64,000 bases of DNA. Source: Dictyostelium discoideum (lineage: Eukaryota). Positions 55,350 to 64,000 of the stretch are shown one piece after another (position 1 is the first letter of the stretch; every line of letters begins with the position of its first letter). The notes beneath the pieces were generated by a model, which worked only from the letters and a program-made list of their open reading frames with translations, did not search any database and was not told the origin of the DNA. The stretch is from assembly GCA_000004695.1 (NCBI GenBank), contig CM000150.2, positions 2,912,001 through 2,976,000 of the forward strand. The letters run 5' to 3'. The position numbers were made by a program, and so were the translations under genes.

Positions 55350-56528
55350 TTATGAATTCATAAAATAGTTCTGTTTACTGTTTACAATTTGTGGTCCATA
55401 TTCATCATAATCTTCAAGTGATATCCAATGATGTCTGAAAGTTGATAATGAAGAAAATATTGAACCACCAATCCATGATAGATTTCTTCTATCTGGAATT
55501 TCAAAGATATTGAATTTTAAAGAAGAAGGGGATAAATTTGATAATTCATTTGATAATCTCTCTGAAAAACCTTTAAATAATGTTGAACCACCAGTTATAA
55601 CTATACTATTTTGTAATTGAATACGTTCTTGAACATCACATTTTAAGAATGAATTATAAATATGTTCATGAATACCACCAACTGATGATGATTCACAACC
55701 AACTAATGATGGTTGAAATAATGGTTCAGTTGATTGAAATAGTTCATTAGTTAATGATATAACCCTACCATCTACTAATTCATATTCCTTAATACTACTA
55801 ATATTAGTTGCTGCTTTTTGCATATCCAAATTATAATTTAATGATACGTAACCTAACTTTTCTTTAATATCATTAACAATTAAATTTTCATTATACGTAT
55901 TGAATTTATAATCGCGGTTTTTTAAAAACTCCATTAAAAAATTAGATAAATCGTTACCACCCAATGGTAAATGTGACATTGCTTTGGTGATTATTTTACC
56001 TTGATAAATGGGTACTGTATAGCTTTCACCAAAACCACAATGAGCAATGATAGCACTTTCTTTACCAGAGCCAATTAATGATAGTGACGCTCTATTTGTG
56101 ACACTTGCTAATTTTGAATTATAAGTTTCAAATAAAAGTTGAGTCAAACGTTCTCTATTCATCTTTGAATTAAATGGTGAATCCGTAATTAATATTGGAT
56201 ATTCGTCACATGATATATTCAATACTTGATGAAATGAATAATTTAAAAGTTTCTCCATATCATCCCAATTTATGATTGAACCACGTTCAATTGGATGTTT
56301 GATTGATATATTGGTTTTTTGAGTTTCAACTTCGTGTCCTGCAAATATAACTTTTTTATTTGGTGCACCATATAATACTTCATAATATTTGGTTCTACCA
56401 ATAATAGTTGGAAATTCATTTCTTGGTGTTAATTCTTCATTTGAAAATCCAACCTTTGTAAAACCTGATCCACAATCAATTATAACTGAGTTTCTAATTT
56501 CTTCATTATTATTATTAATATCATTCAT
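55350..56528 (-). CDS. Divergent actin-related protein, most similar to Arp11/ACTR10 (dynactin pointed-end subunit)
   Basis: Single exon of 392 aa. VIIDCGSGFTKVGFSNEELTPRNEFPTIIGR resembles ACTR10 VVIDLGEAFTKCGFAGE. IIAHCGFGESYTVPIYQGKIITKAMSHLPLGG resembles ACTR10 [21 protein letters not shown]...LPLGG. It has the actin-fold phosphate loops. Confidence 0.55.
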   Translation of the reverse strand: MNDINNNNEEIRNSVIIDCGSGFTKVGFSNEELTPRNEFPTIIGRTKYYEVLYGAPNKKVIFAGHEVETQKTNISIKHPIERGSIINWDDMEKLLNYSFHQVLNISCDEYPILITDSPFNSKMNRERLTQLLFETYNSKLASVTNRASLSLIGSGKESAIIAHCGFGESYTVPIYQGKIITKAMSHLPLGGNDLSNFLMEFLKNRDYKFNTYNENLIVNDIKEKLGYVSLNYNLDMQKAATNISSIKEYELVDGRVISLTNELFQSTEPLFQPSLVGCESSSVGGIHEHIYNSFLKCDVQERIQLQNSIVITGGSTLFKGFSERLSNELSNLSPSSLKFNIFEIPDRRNLSWIGGSIFSSLSTFRHHWISLEDYDEYGPQIVNSKQNYFMNS

Positions 56529-56825
56529 TTTATTTTATATATTTATTTTAAAAAAAAAAAAATAAAAAATAAAAAAAAAAAAACTAATAGTTTTTGATAA
56601 CTTTTTTTTTTTTTTTTTTTTTTTTTTTCCTTGAAAAAATTTATTAATAAAACCAAAATCTAATTTCAATCAAAATTTTTTTATTGATAATAATTATTTG
56701 TTCAAATTCAAATTCAAATTCAGTTTTAAATTCAAATCCGAATTTAGAAATAAAAGAAAAAAAAAAAAAAAAAAAAAAAAAAATATTTTGTGTAAATATG
56801 GCAAAATTTTCGTTTTGGAGTGAAA

Positions 56826-56861
<36 letters not shown>

Positions 56862-57016
56862 AAAAAAAAAAAAAAAAAAAAGATTTTTTTTTTTATTTTT
56901 TTTTTTTTATTTTTTTTTTTTTATTTTTTTTTTTGTTTTATTATTTTTATTAAAATATATGAATAATATATTATTCTTTTTCTACAATTTATACATATAA
57001 ATAAAAACAAATTAAA

Positions 57017-57924
57017 ATGCCTTCTATATTAAAAGTTCGAATTATAGAAGGTAGAGATCTACCAATTATGGATAGAAGCTCAGCTTTAGCAGATGCTTTT
57101 GTTGAAGTAGGTATTTTCTTTTTTTTTTTTTATAATTATGATCATAATGAATCATAATTATAAAAAATAGATTGTTTTATTTTATTTTATTTTATTTTAT
57201 ATTAATATATTTCTTTTTATTTTAATTATAATAAAAAAAAAAAAAAAAAATAGATAAGGTGTGGTCAGAATGATCCACAAAAAACCGATATTCAAAAGAA
57301 AACATTAAATCCAGTATGGAATCAAGATTTTAGATTTGATTTTCCAAATGATGTTGATATTCAGGATAATCCATTAGATATCAGAGTTTGGGATTATGAT
57401 TTAGTTTCAAAGAATGATGTCATTGGTTCAGTTTTAATCGATTTAAATGTATTATTAGATGGTGAAACACCAACTTCTCAAATTAATGGTTGGTTCCCAA
57501 TCTATGATACTTTACGTGGTATCAGAGGTGAATTATTAATAACAGTTAAATTAGAGAAATTCCAAAATGCTAATCCTTTTAAAGAATCTTCTGATGGTGT
57601 TCAATTCTTTTCAAGTATATATATTTACTTTCTAAAAAAAAAAAAAAAAAATTTATTTATTTATTTATATATTTTAATTATTAATTTTTTTTTTTTTTTA
57701 AATTAATTCTAGTATCAACACCATTTTCAAATTATAGAATTAATACAATTCATTCATTTGTTGAAGAATTAATTGTAGAGAACGATCCTGAATATCATTG
57801 GACTGATACTTTTAGAGCATCAAGATTATCAAATTTTGAAAGACAATATTTATTATATACATTATCAGGGTATGTAATATATATATATATAATATATAAT
57901 ATTTTATTATCAAATATTAATTTT

Positions 57925-57991
<67 letters not shown>

Positions 57992-59632
57992 TTAAATAAA
58001 ATTATAGTAAATTAAGAAGACAAATGGGTAAAAAAGTATTAGATATGGGTGGTAATGCAGTATTAGGATATAAACAACATTTTGATTTAGAAGGTGATTC
58101 TGGTATTGTTGCAAGAGGTTATGGTACAGCAGTTACATTAAGAAAAGTTGTTGAATCAGATTTAATTTATTCACCAAAGAATAATTCAAACTCTTCTTCA
58201 TCTTCCTCTTCATCATCTTCTTCATCTTCCTCTTCTTCAGATTCAGATTCAGATGATTCAGATGACCCAACTGATGATTTAACAGAAACAAGTAGTAGTA
58301 GCAGTGATTCATCATCAAATAGTATATTAAAAGAAAATAGAAGAAAAAGAAGAAATAAATTATTAAATCTTCATTCAGATGTACAACTTTTAACATTAAA
58401 TTCATTTCAATCAAATATTGTAGTTCATTTAGGTGGTGTAGTTGCAACTAAATCTGTTAAAATTTTAAAGAAATCAAATACTCAAGAGATGAGAGATCAA
58501 TATTGGACAGAGATTCGTAATGAAATTAAAAATCATGCAAAATCATTAGGTTGTAATTATATCATTGGTTATTCGGAAACTACTACCATTCAACAAGATG
58601 AGGATCTTTGTATATTTAGTGCAACTGGTACAGCAGCAATTTTAGATCTTTTAGATGGTGGTGGAGGTGGTGTTAATTTAACTGTAAATAACCCAAGTAA
58701 ACGTGCATTATTATATAATAATAAACAACAACAACAACAAGTTGTTGGTAGTAGTGGTGGTGATATTGAATCAAGTGAAGATATTAACCCAGGTAGTTTT
58801 AAAAAAAATAGTTTAGGTGGTCCAGGTAGTACTGGTATGATACCAATGCAACAAAATAGAAAGAAATCAAATGTTGGCTCACTATCAGGTTCTATAGAAG
58901 ATCAATCACATTATTTAAATAGTGATAATAATCAACAATTAATGAGTACTAGTAATGGTGGAATTTATGATTCAAGAAAGAATTTAAATTTTGGTGTTGG
59001 TAGTAAAAAGAATCAAAAAGCGAAATTAGGTTGTCATATTTGTCATATACCATATCACCCATCATCATCAACATCAAATTCACCACCTGCAAAATGTTCA
59101 GTATGTAAAAAGAAATATGTACCAGAGGTACTTTTAGCAACTATAGAGCCACCACCAGGTACACCAATTACAGGTGGAGGTTGTTTGATTCAAGCAAGAG
59201 CATGTAAATTGAAAAAGAAATCACAAGGTGAAGAATCAAATGCAATTCAATTATCAGAGAGTATCCCATTCGTAGAGTATGATTTACATAATCAAATTAT
59301 GTACAAGTTGAAATTGTTGGGTATGAATGCTGCATTTAGTTTTAAAACTCAAATTACATTTAGTGATACATTGGTTATTGGTGTTGCCACAGCAACTGCA
59401 GTTTTCCTAACACCATTACCTTCACCACCAATCTTACAAATTTCTCGTTCTTTAGAGATTACCGATGAAAAAACTAGACGTCTTCATGAATTACAAACTA
59501 AAATCGAGAAAAAGAGTCATCAAAATCATAATCAATTATCAAAAGCTTCAAATCATTTTCAACCTGATCCAATGTTTTTATATTTACAATATAATCAATA
59601 TCAACAACAACATCAACAACATTATCATAATC

Positions 59633-59666
<34 letters not shown>

Positions 59667-62040
59667 TGGTCACCATGGTCACCACGGTCATCATAGTCAT
59701 AGTCATAGTCATCATGGTTATCAAAATAAAAGAGGTAAATCACCAATATCACCAAGTGGTTCAGTTTTACCAAATGCTCTAATTTCAAATAGTGAAAGTG
59801 AAGATAATAGAAATAAAAATAGAAATAATAATAATAATAATACCGATAAAGATCATGATGATTATTTATTAGATAGTTCTTATGATTTATCAAGGTCCGA
59901 TAATAATAGTATAAATACACCACATAAAAAGAAATCAAGTGGTAGGGATAAAAAGAAATCTTCATCATCATCTAAAAAATCAAAGAAACCTTCTTCTTCT
60001 TCAAAAAGTAAATCACATAAACATGAAACCTCAAGTGATGATGATGAACATTATAGAAGGAGATCATCAAAATCAAAAAGTTCAAGTAAAAAGAGTAGTG
60101 GTAGTAGGGATAAAAAGAAATCAAGTAGTACTACTAGAAAAAGAAGTCATACAAGTGATAATATTTCACCATTATCAGATGGTGCATATAATGAGGAGAA
60201 TAGTGACTATGATGAATCTGGTCCAGATTTAGAAGGTAATGAAACAAATAACGATACTACTGATTATGATACTGATGTTGATACTTCTGATGATGATTTA
60301 GCAAATAATACTGAACATAAACGAAGACAACAATTAAAGAAATCATCATTAAATGTTAGAAGAAAAAGATCATCAGTTTCAAATTTATCAAGTTTAACAA
60401 CCACCACCACCACAACAACAACTTCAACATCTTTAAATGATCATCAAGATCAACTTAGTAATAAAAATAGTAGCAGTAGTGGTACAATACCAATTCCATT
60501 AAATAATAATGTTTTAAAGAAAACAATTGCAGCATCAAATGTTGGTGTATCATTATCAAGTTCTGGTGAATCTGATAATCCATTATTATTAAACTATCAA
60601 CCAGAGAATATAAATGAATCAAACAATGCCTATATCGTTGAGATTGATGATAAATTGGATGAAGATAAAATGAGAACTTTATTGGATTTCGATTTATTAC
60701 CAGGTTTTTCAATTTGTAATACTGAAGTATTACCAGGTCAAACCAAACCAGTTACAAACGTTCAATTAATTACTGCAATTAGAAGAGTAGAATGGGATGC
60801 TGTCGATCCAAACTATTTAAATACTCAATTATCTTCAATTTTTAATAGTCTTTATGAAAGTATTATGTTTAAACTTCGTGAACTATCACCATGTTGTATT
60901 TGTGGTATTAAATTGGATATTAAAATACCGGAAGATGATCAAGTTCAAATCGTTTTAACAGCAATGGTTACAATTCAAATGGAAGATTTTGATACAAGTT
61001 TAATTTCAACTCCATTATTATTAGATCAACAACAACAACAACAACAACAACAATTACAACATCAACAATTATTACAACAAATTCAACAAGGTTCATCCTC
61101 CATTGTTAACAGTAGTGGTAGTATAAATATTGTTAACAATGGTAGCGTCATCAATAATAGTAGTGGTAATATTGGTGATTTAATTAATAATAGTGGTAAT
61201 TCTTCCATTGCTAATCCATTAATACCACCACCAATGAATCTATCATCAAATAAACTTTCAATTCCTTCAACTATAACTGTACCACAATTACCAATTGCAA
61301 ATTCACCATTTAGTAATATTAATAATATTAATATTAATAATAATAATAATATTATACAACAAAAGAATGAAATTTCAACAACAACAACAACAACAAATAT
61401 ATTAAAACCTCAAACATCTTCATCACAATTATCACCAAATGTAATGGCATCAGCTTTACCAAATGATTTACAATTTGATATGTCTCCACCAAAATCACCA
61501 ATGAAAAAAACTTCAGATTCAATATCCAATAATAATAATAATAGTAATAATAATAATAATGTACCATATTATCATAGTAATGAAAGAATTAAAGAATTAT
61601 TAGGATCAAGAAATGTTGAACAAAGACATGTTGAATTAACTCCACTATCTTATTTACCTGGTAGTAAATTGGAGAAATATTTAGGTCGTATTAATATTCA
61701 TTTGATTAAAGAAAGTTTTAGTGTTAGAGATCAAGGTGGTCTTGGTGTATTTGGTCATGTTTTCTTAAGAGAAGCAAATGCTATCGCAAGAGCTCATGTT
61801 ATGGGTATGGGTGGTAATGCTTTAATTGGTTATCATATTGACGAGTTCACTTTAATTTTAGATTCTGGTCCAAAAGGTCAAGCCTATTCTTTAATTAGTA
61901 TTAGTGGTGATGCTTATAGTTCTACAAATGATCTTTATGGTTTAAACCCTCAAAAACAATTACAACAAAATTTATCGCAACAACAAACTTTACCACAACA
62001 ACAATATAATTATAGTTCTTCAAATTTACAATATAATTAG
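57017..62040 (+). CDS. C2CD5 (CDP138)-like C2-domain protein with a long low-complexity middle and conserved C-terminal domain
   Basis: Four exons: 57017-57106, 57254-57614, 57713-57869, 58008-62040. The N-terminus MPSILKVRIIEGRDLPIMDRSSALADAFVE.. and GWFPIYDTLRGIRGEL, then FVEELIVENDPEYHWTD, then KVLDMGGNAVLGYKQHFDLEGDSGIVARGYGTAVTL, match human C2CD5 nearly motif for motif. The C-terminus has MGMGGNALIGYHIDEF (a YbjQ/UPF0145-like second half). Confidence 0.75.
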
Positions 62041-62163
62041 AACTTTTTATTAGTTTTAAAAAAATAATAATAATATTAAAAAATAATAATAAAATATTTT
62101 TATTATTCATTAACAATTTTATTTATTTTTTCATTTATTATCGATTGTTTTATCTATTTTTCA

Positions 62164-62214
<51 letters not shown>

Positions 62215-62418
62215 TGTTTAAATAAATATCCATTATTTTGACCATTATATCAATGAAAATGCTGTTAAACAAAAATAAAGATTTTAATAATAACCATTAT
62301 AGTTTAAAATAAAAAAATTACTAAAAAAACACAATCACCTTAAAAAAAACAAATAAAAATCTTTTTAAAGTTTTTAAAATACAAGAGAATACATTTTTTT
62401 TTTTTTTTTTTTATTTTT

Positions 62419-63425
62419 TTACCATCTACCATTTGGTCTTGCACCTTTTCCATTTGAATAAGCAAATGTACGAGTTTGTGGTTGAGTAAAAGTTGCTGCA
62501 CATTTTCCACACACTGGGCCATCCTTTTCGATATATCCTTTCTCTAAACTTCCTTTACATTGAGAACAAACAAAACACTATTTTTTTTTTTTTTTATTTG
62601 AAAAATAATTAATTATTTATTTATTTTAATAAAAATAATAATAATAATAATTACTTACATTTGGATGATATTTATTACCACTAACAACAGTAAAAGTTGA
62701 ATCAATTGGTTTTTTACAAGCAAAACAATTTACTTGTTTAGATTTATCTGAACATGATTTACAAATTGCAGAACCGTCAGAACCTGTAACAAATTGATTT
62801 TTACCAATTGATGATGAACATTTTGAGCATGTAAAACAATTACTATGATAAATATTACCACCAAATGAAACTGCTTCATTATCTGGGTCTGCTTGAATCT
62901 GATTTCTACACCATGTACAAATATCTTTACCTTTTTGTAAATTATTATATAAGTTGGTTTTCATTTCAAATTTTTCTTTGGTTTTTTCATCATTTTGAGT
63001 TATTGCACTTGCTGATCCAAATTTGGAAATTGCAAAATTTGGATTAAATTTAATTTCAGTAAAACACTTTAATAATTAATAAAATTTTTTTAATAAATTA
63101 AATAATAATAAAAACAAAAAGTAAATATAAATAGAATCACACATACACTTTTACAACAAGGAATACCTGAAATTTCTGAAAAATCGTTATCTGATAAAAC
63201 TTTTGAACAAGATGCACATGTAAAACATTTTGAATGATAAATTTTACCCAATACTTGTTTATGTTCTGCTGATGCAATGATTGGTCCTGAACATTTTGAA
63301 CAGTTTAAATCTTGACTAAAACATTGTTCATGATATTTTTTAAAATTTGATGTCTTTATATTATCTGTTGATTTGAATGGTTTATTACATCCAATACATA
63401 AATTATTATTTGTTTCAGTGGACAT
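62419..63425 (-). CDS. Multi-LIM-domain protein (at least 4 LIM zinc fingers)
   Basis: Three exons, 63425-63147, 63066-62659 and 62577-62419, with splice sites between Zn-ligand half-sites (...PCCKS|CFTE..., ...YHPN|CFVCSQC...). Repeated C-x2-C-x17-H-x2-C-x2-C-x2-C-x17-C patterns are present. Confidence 0.65.
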
Positions 63426-63700
63426 TTTCTATATGGATTTGTATTATATATTAAAATATTAATTTTTTTTTTTTTTGATTTTTTAATTTTTTTTTTTTTT
63501 TTTTTTTTTTTTTCAAATAATCAAAATGGGTTTTTTTTTTTTTTTCATCGAATAAACAAAAAAATAAAAACACAAATAAAATTTTTATTTTTAGTTTGAC
63601 TAGATATTTTATTTTTTTTTTTTACCAAAAAGTTTTTTTTTATTTTATTTTTTTTCGTTTCGCCTTTTTTTAATTTTTAATTTTTAATTTTTTAATTTTT

Positions 63701-63741
<41 letters not shown>

Positions 63742-63743
63742 AA

Positions 63744-64000
63744 ATGAAAGAAAAAACAATGGATGATGATGATATAAAAATTAAATTTGTAAATATAAAA
63801 TCAGAAAATGTGTTTTTAATAGAAACATATTTTAAAGGATTTGAAAAATTACCAAGAAGAGATTGGGAAAGAGGATTAGAATATATAGTTGGTCAAATGG
63901 AAAATGATCATGTAGTAACAAAAGGTGACTTTGAAATAGATCCACAAACAAATGAAATCACTGTAATATCAAAAGAACGTGGTATATCATTTGGTGTATC
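63744..64000 (+). CDS. 5' part of an unidentified gene, truncated by the window end
   Basis: ATG at 63744 after a poly(T) promoter-like tract. It reads MKEKTMDDDDIKIKFVNIKSENVFLIETYFKGFEKLPRRDWERGLEYIVGQMENDHVVTKGDFEIDPQTNEITVISKERGISFGV in an open frame to the edge. Confidence 0.35.
   Translation, partial: MKEKTMDDDDIKIKFVNIKSENVFLIETYFKGFEKLPRRDWERGLEYIVGQMENDHVVTKGDFEIDPQTNEITVISKERGISFGV

Overview
This 64 kb window is AT-rich (about 75-80% A+T) nuclear DNA of a social amoeba, almost certainly Dictyostelium discoideum or a very close relative. The diagnostic traits are long homopolymeric A/T intergenic tracts, short AT-rich GTAAGT...AG introns, and poly-Gln/poly-Asn/(KE)n coding microsatellites. 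It contains no prokaryotic operons and no CRISPR arrays. I find about 28 protein-coding loci, one tRNA gene and one nearly full-length non-LTR retrotransposon. The most interesting region is 1.8-19.3 kb. It holds a tandem, partly inverted family of large secreted or membrane proteins with a beta-helix-like extracellular domain. One member has a transmembrane helix and an intact protein-kinase domain. One has a transmembrane helix and a degenerate pseudokinase. One is a mosaic pseudogene. One is a GPI-anchored-looking paralog with no kinase, plus a truncated remnant of another such paralog. Other blocks are: three actobindin (WH2-repeat) genes, two of them an inverted, coding-identical pair; five tandem, near-identical genes encoding an internally duplicated SnoaL/NTF2-like protein; and a TRE3-type retrotransposon downstream of a tRNA-Ser(UGA) gene with a perfect 15-bp target-site duplication. 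Single-copy conserved genes recognised by motifs are a Cfp1/Spp1-like PHD protein, NOSIP, acetylornithine aminotransferase, a Frizzled/Smoothened-like receptor, ANKZF1/Vms1, an Arp11-like actin-related protein, a C2CD5 ortholog and a multi-LIM protein. The supplied ORF track uses non-ATG starts (TTG etc.) and stops at introns, so gene models below were rebuilt by hand from splice signals and paralog alignment. Exact splice coordinates may be off by 1-2 nt.
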